From Zancudomyces culisetae HAW-14-8 (taxonomy: Eukaryota; Fungi; Kickxellomycota), in contig JBNJNM010000011.1 in assembly GCA_052426225.1 (NCBI GenBank), positions 2,356,001-2,420,000 on the forward strand: a DNA stretch of 64,000 nt, written 5' to 3'. Under the pieces are notes generated by a model that was not told where the DNA came from, made no database searches, and saw only the letters and a list, made by a program, of their open reading frames with translations. The translations under genes and the position numbers were made by a program. Positions within the stretch are counted from its first letter, which is position 1, and every line of letters starts with the position of its first letter. Shown piece after piece: positions 46,131 through 59,490 of this stretch.

Positions 46131-46616
46131 ATCCTATAACGCTTTAGTTTCAGTTTTAGTTATTTCAATAATCCGTTGATTATAACTCTTTTAAAAGCTA
46201 AAACGACGAAAACGACCATTATGCATATATATCATATATTGTTTTTGATTGTTTAAAGTGCACTTGGTCTATGTGCTTTGACCACCAATTCAACTTAAAA
46301 GCTCATTAGTCATGTATCTAAACTAGTTGGATGCACCAGCTGAAAAGATAGAAATACAACCTTTGGTTAAACACACCTTGTTGTTAGAGTTGAATTTATT
46401 GCTGCTTTTACTTGCCATTTGACATTAAAATATTATTGAATCAAACTAGCTGTACCTATAATGTGAAAGGAGTTTATAGCTATGCTAGCTAAATCCTGAA
46501 AAAAAATTATAATAATAAGTGTTGATACTTTGTTGTATCATTAATGAGACATGACATTGTACATATTACAATAGTGCCCCTAGCGTACCTTTTGAAACAT
46601 GATACAAAAGATTCAA

Positions 46617-46883
46617 TCATCCTCTTTTGGTCATCAAACGTCCGTCGTCATCCTCATAAACATCATCCTCGTAAACATTGCCACTATTGCTCGCATGTGC
46701 GTCGTCATATCCATAAGGAGCGTAGCCTTTCCCACCTTTATATACCCCTCCATACCCACCAACGGCGGTTCTATCACGATAGTTTCCTGGATATGCCTTT
46801 ACTAATGCTGAAAATATAACCACAGCAAATGGCACCATAAGTACTGCGCTCGTGTTGAATACGTTTCTGATAGCTGTAAACAT
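46617..46883 (-). CDS. Small putatively secreted Gly/Tyr-rich, Asp-rich protein, 88 aa
   Basis: ATG in AAAA context; hydrophobic stretch ending VKA-YP (signal-cleavage-like); GGYGGVYKGGKGYAPYGY and YEDDVYEDDD. Confidence 0.55.
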   Translation of the reverse strand: MFTAIRNVFNTSAVLMVPFAVVIFSALVKAYPGNYRDRTAVGGYGGVYKGGKGYAPYGYDDAHASNSGNVYEDDVYEDDDGRLMTKRG

Positions 46884-47489
46884 TTTTGTTCAGATTTGCT
46901 TTATTTTTTTCAGTTTAGGCTTTCATTTGGTTTATAGCTTGAACTCTTGATATAGATACGTTATTTGGTACAAAACCCTAGAATGAGATTTTTTTTAAGA
47001 TATTGCAGCACAGTGTGTATTACAACTAAAAAAATATTAATTTTTACAAAAATCCGAAATATTAAATGAGTGTTGTAGCAATGTATACTCTTTGCTAAAG
47101 AGTATTGACCCAAAAACCTCGGAAATTAATATTAAAAGTGCTGGTAAGATTTACTAATAAAATTTATGTATGCCTAACATTTTTAGCAGATTTAGCCAAA
47201 AGTATTACACTTTTTTTGGGTATACTTTTATTTCACCACCCCCAACTATTCGGAAATTTTGGTATTAATTGAAATTATCCACAACCAGCTCAACAACCCT
47301 CCACCCCAATAATAAATTTGATTTTCTGTGAGTGTGAGGTTGGGGACGGCTACATTATCCCAGAATATAAATACATGTATCGCTTCATATCGCATTGCCA
47401 TGTTGGTGTTCATTCTATTACTATTTTAAAAAAAGATCCGTTGTACGATTCTTTAATGCTTAGATAAATTTATTAAATAAATATCACAC

Positions 47490-47900
47490 AAAACTATAAA
47501 AAAATAATAGTTCATAACACCTACCTAACCAACTCCTCTCCGCCCCTCTAAAAATTCCTTATTCTCTTGGAGTTGATTCAAGATATTTACCCTGCCTTAG
47601 TATTATTTTCAAAAAGTTCGCTGTGTTCAGCGCAACTAAGGATAGTACTTTTGCTTCTTACTTCTTATCCTTCTGGGTTTAGTACATCTGGAATTTTTTG
47701 TTTCAGTAACTATACCCAAGCAGCTACCCAATATTTGCATTTCAGAAAAATATGTTCACCCACCCCTTGACCTTAAAAACCACTAGTTATTGGTTGCAAG
47801 TATAACTTGCCTTACTTCACTTTACACCGCTACTTTAGTATCGCAACTGTATTTTTACATACAACTCGTATACTCCAACTTTTTAAATTCTTAATTTTTG
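47490..47900 (-). mobile_element. Second, more decayed LINE 3' remnant related to the 45.3-46.1 kb element
   Basis: EHIFLKCKYW (47728-47757) vs EHMLLDCKYW; SLVALNTANFL vs SLVELVTAQFL; shared 30-nt 3' motif (+ strand CTACCTAACCAA...CCCTCTA at 47521-47550 and 45341-45370). Confidence 0.7.
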
Positions 47901-49892
47901 CTGCCCATACTTTGACAAATATTTATCAACTCGTTATCATCCAGGTTGTTCGTGTCATATAGTGGATAATTTTAATGTTTATCTAGAATTCTAGTTATAA
48001 TTCCAATTATTAAAGCTCACCTCGAATATTCAAATATCCCGAACGTATTAAACTTAATTAGTTCTAGGTTTATTTATATTAATTAGTATTTATTTAGTGT
48101 TTAGTATAGTTAGTTATTATATACATAAAGCTCAAATTTTTTAGTGAGAGTTTTTCTTAACACTTTATTCAGAATATAGATTTTTCTAAAAGTCCTTTAT
48201 CATGTGTTAACCTACAATTTAAAAAGCATAATATACTGCTTTTAAGTAAATTAACATTTGGCATAAAAAAAAAGATATTAGAGCCACATACGTAATAATT
48301 AATAAACTTTTGGTGAAAGTGGTATATTATTATTAAAAAACTAAACAAGACATTTTCTTTTTATATGACAGTACTCATTGCAGGTTAAATCACAAGTGGT
48401 ATATTTTGAATATTATTACTCTTTGTTATAAAATTTGACTAACCACTCACTCATCTTTTCCCCGTTCATTATCTTGATTATTTATATTGCTATACGCCTC
48501 GTCCATATTCATGGTATAAACTTTATTATAAATACGCATTAGTAATTGTTCGACCACTCGAACAAAACATACTTAATGGCCAGAATAAACGGATGGTGGA
48601 TTATCTGTGATGATCAAGCTAGAGACTGACTGTCGTATCTTTATAAATGCTAACAATAGTTTTAAAAATACGTTCCGCAACTAGGACAAAGATAATTAAC
48701 TTTGTCAGCTGAGTGGAAGTTTGAAGAATGACAAATTCAATAGTTTGATGTAACACAGCTAGATAACCCAATATCAAGATACTAGACAGTGTTTAACGAT
48801 AAAATTTATATTTTACTAAGATAATGATTAGTACATGAGGAAACTAGAAAGCACTTTAGGTTACAGGATTAGCTGGAGGAAATAGATTAGTTATGAGGGC
48901 AGTCCAATGAGTTTCTTCGCGTAGAAAAAAAATCTCATAGAATCTCGTCTCGTTTCATCTTTCCTACATTTATATCCTATTTTGAAACAACAAAACAACA
49001 AAATAAACCAGTTAGTATACTAAATAGTTAGAAAGGAGGACAAAGACCTGAATTTACTATTATTTTAGGCGAGGCTACGTTTCTGCAAAAATATGTACTC
49101 TCTTTATTTGTTGTAGCGTTTGCGGTTTCTTTTCTGAGAACTACGGGCTACTCGATCATAAACAAGCAGCCGCATTTTAATTTTTCGTACCTAAAGTCAA
49201 CTATAGTATTAATAAATAAGTTTACTTATCCACGCAATATTAGCAATTGTAACAAACTCGTCACTATTTGATTGCAACAAAAAAAGTATGGCTTTCAATT
49301 TGATGCTCTATGGTGAGATTGGGACTATAACCATTAAAAGTAGAGCCTGTAAGTTTCTGAGCAAATAGCATTGCTAACATTTTCAAACTGTGGGGAATGC
49401 GGTTTAACTTGAAAACTGTCGTTTATTTAGCATTGATGATATGATTCGTACATACTTCGGAATAGCGAACATTCAATGAAATTGTCTAAAAGTAAAACAA
49501 TTACAAAGATTTACTCAACACATCTTACAACATTTTGGAATATGTAATTTAAATACACAGTAAAAACAATTTCTACACTAACTTTGAATACAACTAGTTG
49601 TATATAGATGAATACCATCCTATTTCAAAAATTTGCTAGTTGGAGATATAATTCTACCGTTTCATTTCTAAAAGATATAAACAAACTAACTGACGAGATA
49701 ATATTTAAAACTAACATTAGAGAGTTTAAACCAGTCAGTCAATTAAAAGTGCAATGAATGGATAGAAATCAACAATACACAAGCCATAAACCTAATGAAA
49801 ACATAGATCGAGAGGACTACGGTATCAAATACTTAACTTTTCGAAAATTCGGATATATTTGCCACAATAATGAATAAAAAGAAAACACAAGT

Positions 49893-51017
49893 ATGGCGAA
49901 GATTAATAGATACCTTACAATGAAAACAGTTGAAACAGTCGTTGTCTCAATTGTTATAGCGATAGGTTTATTCACTGTTTTTTGGTATTTCTTTCTTCTG
50001 CTAGTCGACAGAAAAGCAGTCAACAGAGTTATTATTAGGCAAATAGTAATAATACAAGCTTCTGGTGTTATTTGGCTTACTGCACGTCTTTTGCTCTTGA
50101 TTGAAACCGGGTATTCAGATTTCTGCAGATCCATAACCTTAGTTTTTCAGTATTTTGCCATGTTTCAAATAGCTGTAGGGATAGGGCTTATATTTCACTT
50201 GGTTCTTATATTCAGGTATCATAGAAAAAATATTGAGCGGTACGAGATATGGTACTATGTTATTGCAGCCGTGGTATCCGTGTTATCACTCATACAGTTT
50301 TTTTTAGCGGATGAAGAAGGTCAAATCGAATTAAAAAGATGTGGATATTTGTTTTTAGGCGATACGCAATTTCAAAAGGTTATAATAGCATTTTACGCGG
50401 TATGTGGTATAGGAGTTATCATACAAATAATCCTTTTGGTAATGCTTTTTCGTGGGATAGCAGAAACTCGCGAACGATTTCATGAAGAATCTGATGATCA
50501 TATTAACTTTCGCAAACGGATTGAATCTATAAACAAAAAATACAACAATACTCTACTACGACGAACATTCATGAGACTATTGTGGTTTCCAATCATTCCG
50601 ATATTTATTATAGTTTCTGTACTGTGCAATATAATAATTGATGCGAGTGCTTATTCAGTCCCATTTATAGTTTACAGAATTCAGGGAGCTATGGCATCTT
50701 TAGGGGAGTTGGGCATTACTTATATGTTTTTTGGTGATCCGATTATCAAAAGAACTTTACAGGATGATAGAGAACTTCATAATCTAAAAATGCTTATATT
50801 GAGGGTAATAGGCAAACACAAAGAACTAGAAAACGATAGTGAATTAGGAAATCATACAAGCAGAGATGAAAGTGGTAGCCAGTTAGGAAGTAGCGTAGAT
50901 GATGAAGGTGTTAGTGAATTAATAAGTAACGCAAGCAATGAAAGAAACAACGGTAGCGAAAATGAAGCAAGTAGGAACAAAAGCAATGATGTGTTAGCAA
51001 GTAACACAAATGAATAA
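49893..51017 (+). CDS. 7-TM GPCR-like protein (Git3/Gpr1/cAMP-receptor-like architecture), 374 aa
   Basis: Seven hydrophobic segments; VNRVIIRQI after TM1, FC at the TM3 start, CGY in the second extracellular loop, RLLWFPIIP in TM6, acidic/Ser-rich tail. Confidence 0.75.
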   Translation: MAKINRYLTMKTVETVVVSIVIAIGLFTVFWYFFLLLVDRKAVNRVIIRQIVIIQASGVIWLTARLLLLIETGYSDFCRSITLVFQYFAMFQIAVGIGLIFHLVLIFRYHRKNIERYEIWYYVIAAVVSVLSLIQFFLADEEGQIELKRCGYLFLGDTQFQKVIIAFYAVCGIGVIIQIILLVMLFRGIAETRERFHEESDDHINFRKRIESINKKYNNTLLRRTFMRLLWFPIIPIFIIVSVLCNIIIDASAYSVPFIVYRIQGAMASLGELGITYMFFGDPIIKRTLQDDRELHNLKMLILRVIGKHKELENDSELGNHTSRDESGSQLGSSVDDEGVSELISNASNERNNGSENEASRNKSNDVLASNTNE

Positions 51018-52101
51018 TAAAAGCTATGACAAGCTTGAAGACAGTACAAAAATGACTAAAAGTAAACAAAAAGAAGATTTATAGGGGTTCAGTAGATGTG
51101 TATAGATATTTATTAGTTTTTTTTATGCACTTGTTCTAATTCGTTTGACTCGGGTTAGATTGTATTTTTAGATGAACAAAAATATAAGTAGAATAAAATA
51201 AAAAATTCAATTACGGGTTAATGAATAACATGGTCCTGGTATTAATAATACAAAGGTGGAAATATCAATCTCAGATTGTGTAAGATTAAAATACGATACG
51301 TGTGAAAAAATTAAAAATAAGAGGTAGATAGATGATAAAGCAATATAATAACACTGAGTGAAGAAAAAGTCAAATTAACCCCATTAAATATTCAAAACAC
51401 AACCTCAAGAGTTTCTATTACAGTTGAGTAGAACTAATAGAATTTGGAAAATACCATTTCATTGGTTTTGTCCTTACGTGCCAGTGATATGGTGTTTTTT
51501 ACAGTTTGACTATCCGTATACACACAAGTTGGAGCAAGGTACGTATGTAGTTTAAAATGGTTAATATAAATCTTCAGTCAACCAGTAGTTTTCGCAATAG
51601 TAAGTGCGGGGTATTGCAATTTATGTTAATATTAAAAATGCCGACAAAGATGAGTGGGGGTTTTACTTAATCAGTGGATAAGATGGGCAAATAGAGCAAT
51701 TCAAAGGTAATTAATCAACCAGTCATGCAGTGTCTGATAGGAGTGAGATATGCTTATAAATAAGGTATTGTGGTATTATAGCATTCAGAGATTTAGTAGT
51801 ATGTCGTATTTATTATTTACTGTTATATACTTTTAGTAGTTAAATAATCAATTCTAGCCTTCCGGATCAAATATCCAAGCATATTTGCTTAATCTCAATC
51901 ACAAACCATAAGATGGTTAAAGCGGCTTAACAACTACTATAAAATCGGATATTGAATGTATATTCAAAGGTACAAGTCTCGAAGAATTACAAGAATACAC
52001 CTTAATACACGACTAAAGGTGAATGACAAAAAAAGGAAAAATGTTGAATAGTACCACTTAATGAAGAGTCAAACATATAAAAACGAGCAAAAAACTAACT
52101 A

Positions 52102-53073
52102 ATGGAAGGTCCGAGTACATGGCTACAAATAACTACCACTGTTCTTACTTCGATGGTTATAGTTTTATCCTCATTTACAATAATATGGTACTTGCTATTG
52201 CTTTTAGTCGATCGAAAATTAGTCAACAGGATAATAATTAGGCAGATAGTAATCGTACAAACCAGCACTATATTCAGGAACATTACATTTCTAGTGATCT
52301 CGAATACTTCGGGATTTTCAAAATTTTGTCAAGACCTAAAAATAATATTCGGGTTTACAGTGATAGCTCAGTTGTATGTGGGATTGTCAATTCTGTTTCA
52401 CCTGCTACTAATTTTCAAGTATCACCGAAAAAATGTAGAGAGATATGAAAAATGGTACTATGTTTTTGCTGTCGTGATAGCCGGATTGTCGATCATACAA
52501 TTCTCAGTGACTGGGGGCAGTGGAGAAAGAATATTAGATCAGTGTGGTTATCTATTTGTGTCTAGTATCGGATTTCAACCTATCATAATATCATACTACT
52601 TATTGTTATTGATAGGTGCATTATCTGCAATTATATCCTTGACGTTGCTATTTCAAACAATTTCAAAATGCCACGGCACAGTCCCAGAAGGGGCTGAGGA
52701 TGATACAAACATTCTAAATCGAATGTCTGCGTTAAATTACAGGTTCAACAACACTGTAGTGAGAAGGTTGCTTAAGAGGTTGTTATGGTTTCCAATATTC
52801 CCTGTGGTTATTCTATTGCTTGTCACCATCACTATTATCATTGAGGCTCTAGGTCGCAGTATACCAAATATTGTATATAGAACTCAGATGTTGCTTGTTC
52901 TTTTTAGCGATTTGGGAGTTACAAATCTGTTTATTAAGGATCCTATAATTTGGAGAACGTTACAAGACGATAGAGAAATTCACAAATTGAAGGTACTACT
53001 GGCCAAGTTAGTAAGAAAATCAGATACCAATGTAGAAGAACCTATAACAGAGGAAAATATTGACTCGGAATAG
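52102..53073 (+). CDS. 7-TM GPCR-like protein, tandem paralog of 49893-51017, 323 aa
   Basis: Shared blocks WY.LLLLVDRK.VNR.IIRQIVI.Q, FHL.LIF.YHRKN.ERYE.WYY, RLLWFPI.P, DPII.RTLQDDRE.H.LK. Confidence 0.78.
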   Translation: MEGPSTWLQITTTVLTSMVIVLSSFTIIWYLLLLLVDRKLVNRIIIRQIVIVQTSTIFRNITFLVISNTSGFSKFCQDLKIIFGFTVIAQLYVGLSILFHLLLIFKYHRKNVERYEKWYYVFAVVIAGLSIIQFSVTGGSGERILDQCGYLFVSSIGFQPIIISYYLLLLIGALSAIISLTLLFQTISKCHGTVPEGAEDDTNILNRMSALNYRFNNTVVRRLLKRLLWFPIFPVVILLLVTITIIIEALGRSIPNIVYRTQMLLVLFSDLGVTNLFIKDPIIWRTLQDDREIHKLKVLLAKLVRKSDTNVEEPITEENIDSE

Positions 53074-54350
53074 ATTTTATTACTATAGAATTAGTTTTAT
53101 TCAGTTATTTTATATCTTAGATTATAATTGCAATAGACAAGATGAATTGTATTAATATATAGGGTGTATAAATGGTGTGTAATATTTAACAGGGATGAAT
53201 TGAGTAAAAATGCTAAAATCTCGAATGGACTGGTGATATCTTTTGTTTTGGGTGTCTATAAAACCTATTCCCCCTCCCCCTATTAATCTGTAGAAACATT
53301 GTACTACTTGTTTTAATGATTCTAAAAGCTTGATATATTAATTGGTTACTAGAAGCTTGAACCACTGCAAAATATTTAAAGATGAGAGGTATTGGAATGT
53401 GCGGTTATACAAAAGTGTTATGTAAAGTATCAGATGTTTACTACTATCAGTTTGGGAAAAAATATTTTACACTGGTTTAAAAAAGCTAGAATTGTTTGTA
53501 GAAGATCAACTCTATCAATTAACTTGAGATTTCTACGTTTTTAATTGATGTAACTTTAGAATTGAGGCATTTGGTATGGTCAACATTAATAAACATAATA
53601 AATAGTAATGACTATTTATATAGATCTTGATTATAATTTGTATTGGGTTTGATTTCTAGTTTATTTTATAAGAGCTTTAGTGATTTTATTCTTTTGGACA
53701 CTGTTAAAACGACGTGATAGATTTAGTATACGCTTTCTAATAACCATGATAGCTCGAATTGATCGTTTTCTAAACACATCCACAAGTTCATTCGGTGATT
53801 CTTTATTATTCGAGGTTGTTTTAATAAAGAATTATATCGTTTTATAATATCAAGATATCGAATGAAACCAGAAACTAACATCATTAAATGTTGGTGTATT
53901 TCCCTTTAGTTCCTTTATCTAGAGATATTGTTCCAATACTTTTTGATGATCTCAATTGAATTATTTACAGCTACTCATTTTAATTTTATACTACTGTGTA
54001 GTATATTCCTTAAGGTATCTTTATACTCTTGAATTTTGAATTAATCCGATATATAATAGACTTTTATGAGAGCTAGTAATCTGTTTTATTAATTTCAAGC
54101 AATGAAAATAGGTTTAAACGACAAGATACTCAAACTGCTAGTAAGCTAGGAGTGCAAAAATTGATGGTGAGAAACAACGAAGGCTGTTTACTACTATATC
54201 AGCCATGTAATAGCAAATGATAAGGGGAAGGGAGAGTGATCAAAGACAATAGAGAAAGCAGGATAAAGAATGGGGAGTTGAAAGCACATCTCACTAATTC
54301 ATATTCGATTAGCAAAAATATTTTAATCCCAATTAACGATGCTTACACCA

Positions 54351-57300
54351 TTATCTCTGTTTTGCTCTTTTTAACTCTTCCATCTTCAACCCTACAGTAA
54401 GCAATCAAACTGTCATAATTTAGATCAGTTGCAATCTTAATTATTCATTCGATATGCTTACTTGTATCAGCATCATACTTTATCAAAAAAACAATCATTT
54501 TTATGTTTTTATGATTACATCATCCTTCAACCCATACTTACATTTTAGCACCAAATTTGAATCTTTTTCCAACAAAAGTTTCAACAATATCAAGTTATTA
54601 TCTCTGCATGTTTGAGTTTCCCCACTAAAATATTTTTTTTCTATTTTTGCTCCCTTTGCAAACAGTATTTTCAAAATCTCCAGGTTATTAATTTTACATG
54701 CCTGGAAGACAAAATCAAATTCACTATCCTCAAGTGTGGCTGTATCTTTCAAAAGTAGTTTAACCGCCTCTAGATTGTCTTTTTCAATGGCGATGTAAAG
54801 TAAGATTGGAGCACCACCGATCTCAGGACAACTATTCAGTATTAATTTTAATGTCTCGATATCTTCTAGATTAATACTCCTTAAAAAGCTTGAGTTGCTT
54901 TTTATTTTTGCACCACATTTCAATAACAGTTCTATCATCTCAACATTATTTGCTTCGAGTGCCACATCTAGAGCGTTAATTTCGTCATTAACATTCCATC
55001 CATTTTCGAAAAGTAATTTTATCACCTCAGTGTTTCCAGCTTGTACAGCGATTTTCAGTATTTTAGAACTATCACTGAGATTGAACTTGTAAGTTAGCAG
55101 TAACCGCAATATCTCAATATTGGCTATTGCAACTGCTGCCTTTATCCCATCTATCAAATCGCTATTTTGGATGGGTTCACTCCTTTCAAGCAAGGCTTTA
55201 GTAATCTTGTATTCTTCAAAACCATCAGCTTTTTTATTATCAAAACAGGAGTCATTTTGCGATTCAGTTTTTCTCGTTTTCGTATTTGTACAGTCTCTTT
55301 TTTTCAACACTCCCAGATCATCATAATAGTCAAGAATTATTTTTATCAACTTAACATCTTCAATTATACATGCATGTTCTAACTGATAATGAGGGACACC
55401 ATCTACCACAGCATTATTATCCAAGAGATATTTTAATGTCCTCTTGAGACCTAGTCTACATGCAATCCTAACTCCATTCCGAGTTGGGTCACTTAAATCA
55501 ACTCCATTTTCTACCAAAAGTTTAACCATATCAAAGTTGCCCAGTAAACATGCCATATTGATACACTCATATTCTGGATCTTTGGGCACCACACCTCCAT
55601 TCTTTATCCAGTATTTCAATACATCAACCTTATCTGATTTACAAGCCTCTTCAAACCCATCTGATATTCCTTTTAGCTTTGCATCTTTACTGATAAAGTA
55701 ATCTATCCAGTCAATATCACCTGCTTTGTATGCTGTTTTCAAAATTAGACTGTCATGCGAATTAACATCCAGTCCATATTCTATCAATAATTTCAGCATT
55801 TCAAAGTTTCGATTCACCAGTTCTAATTTTGCTAGCTCGTAATGTCTATCATTCAAAATTTCTATATTGTTTTCGTTTCTCAACCCGTTAGTTTCGTCTT
55901 TTTCAGTGTCGTCGGATGTTCTTTGCAAATTCTTTTTAGAAATATAATTTATAAGTTCGAGTAATTTATCATAACAATCTCGTTGGATAGCATCACATTC
56001 GAAAGTATCATTGGGGTTTCAAAAATATAATGCTCAAGTATTGGTGATATCTTTTTTTTTTGAACTCATAGTTGAAACTACCCTCTCGTACAAATCCATA
56101 TGCATAAGAAAATCGTCAAAGTCAACATGACAATCAAAATAAAAATAATTACCACCACCACCATTATCATCAACACTATCAACATAATCAACATCATCAA
56201 CATTTTCATAATTGTCATAGTCGTGATGGTCGTTTTCCAAGGAATTAATCAATTCATTTTGATAAAAACACAGGATTACTTCAATAAGACACAGCATTGT
56301 TTTACTAAATTTCAACTTCTTTTCACCCTTGACCTCTGTTTTTGAAGTTTCCGATTTAACCTTAGCCTTACCTTTTTCTATTTCAAAGAATTCTAATAAT
56401 CGCTTTGCTATTTTGTGATTTTTGATACTACACAGCTTTACTATAACATTTTTACTTACTGATCCAACTGAAACATCATTTTCCAATAACAATTGTAGCA
56501 TATCCATATCTCTATTTTCGCTTGCAATCCTTATTCCGTTAAACTCTGGTGCTTTCAAGTTCACTCCTGTTTCGATAACCAATTTGGTAGTTCTAATATC
56601 TCCAGTGCTCACCGCCTCCTCCAGGCAGGAGATACTTATTGCGTTTGGATATTTGCTGATAATATCTTGTGCCAATTCATACTCTTTCTCTTTTATAGCC
56701 GTTTTCAATGCATTTTCATCCAACTCTCCTTTCAGTTTATCACTGTTGTTTAAAATAAATCTTATGAGATCGACACTACCACTTTTGTACGCCATTTCTG
56801 TTATTTTTCTAATGTTTTCCGAGTTTAACTCAACTTTGAAAAAATATTTTTTCACCAAAATTTCATGTTCATTATAGATCGCCGAATCGAATAGTATCTG
56901 TACGTGTTTACCTTTAGAGTAATTAATTTCGAGATATGAAATAAAGCTTTCTATATCCCACTTGATTGAAAGATAGGCCAATAGTATGTAAACCAACAAC
57001 TCTTTCTTTTCTGTTTCTTCATATTCACTAATAAAAGAATGAAATCCATCACCAACTGGGTCCATCTCTTCTAATATAATCCAACATAGTGTGTCAGAAG
57101 GATCATTGAAGCTTATTTTCAGATCCAAAATTCTTTTTAGCCATTCAAGGTCTCCCAATCTACAGATTTCACATGCAGCCTCCAATATACAATATAACAA
57201 AAATTTCTCATCAACGCATGTGATATCTCTTCCAGTAGAGCTACATATATCTGGTGGAAATTCAAACCTAGTGTTGCAGATATCTATTAGAATTTCTATG

Positions 57301-57898
57301 CCACTTTTCCAAGTTAAACCAGAGTTGTCTCTAATTGAATTGGCTAATACATCACCAATCCTGAATAAAGGCCTGATATAAAGAGAATCATAAACTTCGA
57401 TTTCCGTAACTTCTCTTTGTGATTCGTTCTCCTCAGAAAACAATTTTTCAATATCAATATCTAGGTATTCACCCTCGTTTATAAATAAAGTTCCTTTGTG
57501 CATAACCGTTGGATTATTTATATCAATCACAACATACATCTTGAGTAATTTATTTATTATGTTTCTCCACTTGTACTTGATAGCAATCTCTAGAGCGATT
57601 TCGTAGTCTAGGTTTTTGATTTTTCTCAAAACTAATCCCCCAACTTTTTCATTCATGTTTATTCTTGTGTAATTCTCAAATATTGCTTTTAAATTTGACT
57701 CGGGATCATCCTCTGTGTTAGATAGAGCATATCTAATTATGTACTTGCTAATGGTGTCTACCTGTTGTGAGACATAGTGCATGTTTTTGTTTAGGAGTGA
57801 TAGTTGAAGGTTTTGGGCAAGTGCGAATATAGTCGACAGGATACTTGCCGGAAGTTTGTTGAATACATCGTCGTTATTGTCGTTACTAATTCTGTCAT
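54351..57898 (-). pseudogene. Disrupted paralog of the 1153-aa F-box-like/ankyrin gene
   Basis: Colinear with 39059-42520. ATG at 57898 is out of frame with the F-box-like motif (VFNKLPASILSTIFALAQNLQLSLLNK). Two in-frame TGA at 56034 and 56019. Frameshift near 54515 and a further stop before the homologous end at 54351. Confidence 0.85.
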
Positions 57899-59490
57899 AA
57901 TTCGAGTTGTTCTTATGTTCTTTCCTTGGGGTTAAATAAGTTTGTAAGTCTTTAAGGTAAAGAAGAAAGATGAATAAACTCTAAAAGGTGGAATCGTGTT
58001 GTTTTTATACCATCAACCAGAGTTTTTTTGATCTATTACCTAATTATTGAGCATTGCTCAAGTTTTCATTCGCTTCCATCTAAAAAAATCAACAAAATCA
58101 TTTGTTTTATTTTTTTGCACATCAACATATCAAATAAATACAACATAAAACCATTGATAATTTAGATCATTGGGTACTGTTCGAGATTTACAGCAAACCA
58201 GAATGCTGGACTATTTTCAGTCCAATAATTTATTCACCTTTGTAGGTTTCAAGATGAATTTGCTAAATGAATCTAAAAAACATCAAATTGACAACTCAAA
58301 CTCGTTCCAGTTACTCTATCTTTCACCAAGACAAACAACCATTCCATCACTGTCATTTTCGTAGAGTTGTTCATTGAATGATTTATAGTAGAGTTGTATG
58401 TGTGTGTGTGTGTTGGAAAAACGGTTTATACTTTGACTTGAATGTAACTAATACGTTCACGATTTGAGTTAATCTTGTTGTGGTATTTTATTTCAAATAA
58501 CTAATATCATTTGAAAAGTAATTAAAAGTATATAAAGAGAATTCAAATACATTTCAATTGAACTACCAAGAAATACTCCAGTTGAGTACATATTTTAAAG
58601 TTATGTGTATTTTTTATCACCGCCTAACTGAATACAAATCTAACTAAAAGATTACCAAAAAAAAAAGTGACACATTAGAGAATAAGCAATCTGCCTGTCA
58701 ATTTAATATCCGAAATATTTATATTCTTTACAAATCTCACGGAATAATTCGATAGTGTCGGACGCGATCGAGAGATCACGCTCGTTGGTTGGGTTTCTTA
58801 CTGAAAGAAACTCCTAACTAATAACTTCTTCTAGACAATGAAATGGATCATCTGGTGATGTTAGTTTTATTTCCATAGAAGAGACACCTGAACAATCATT
58901 GTCAGAATACTAACGCTCATCCTCTTTGAACTGCTGGATGATGGCAGAGCGGAGCTGCTTCATAAGACCTGATATGAAATTTTAATAATTTCAAACGTTT
59001 ATAGCCTAAATACTTATAATACTAGCCGAAGCACGAGTATTATTAACTTATGTTTTAACTAAATAAACTTAATTCAACAAATTCTTTTTGTTCAATTGTC
59101 TTTATTTGCATGTTACTGTATATTCCAAAACTACTAAAAGAGCAAAAGATACTCCTAATGAGTTGTCTTTTGCTTTTAAATACTTCAATTGCTACTGTTA
59201 AAATTACTATAAACTTATCCTATTAATTCTTATTATATCCTTTATTGGTTCATACTCTGCCTTGTCGTCATCCTCGTGGTCTGCCACATTTTCCACAGTC
59301 GATTAAATACTTTTTAAATTAATTAAATACACTAATACTAATAAACTCTGTTTTTGTTATTCCTTTTTGTAATTTTTTTGGTTTTTTTATCTGAATTTTT
59401 CTTCGTTTTGTGATCAGAAATTTAATTCATATTTTTTTGTTTGTTAATAAATAAAATAAATTTGAATGGATTCTCAAGTGTTGTGATTAT

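Noticed and set aside
56019-56036. Two in-frame TGA codons as possible selenocysteine or readthrough sites (some early-diverging fungi use Sec)
   Set aside because: They do not align to Cys in the intact paralog, are explained by a local compensated frameshift, and the gene has other lesions.
58700-59000. Two adjacent hairpins (GATC-GAGA-GATC; GTTTCTT/AAGAAAC) as a possible structured ncRNA
   Set aside because: The minus strand reads as a decayed ORF with two TAG stops, the stems are short, and there is no second copy for covariation.
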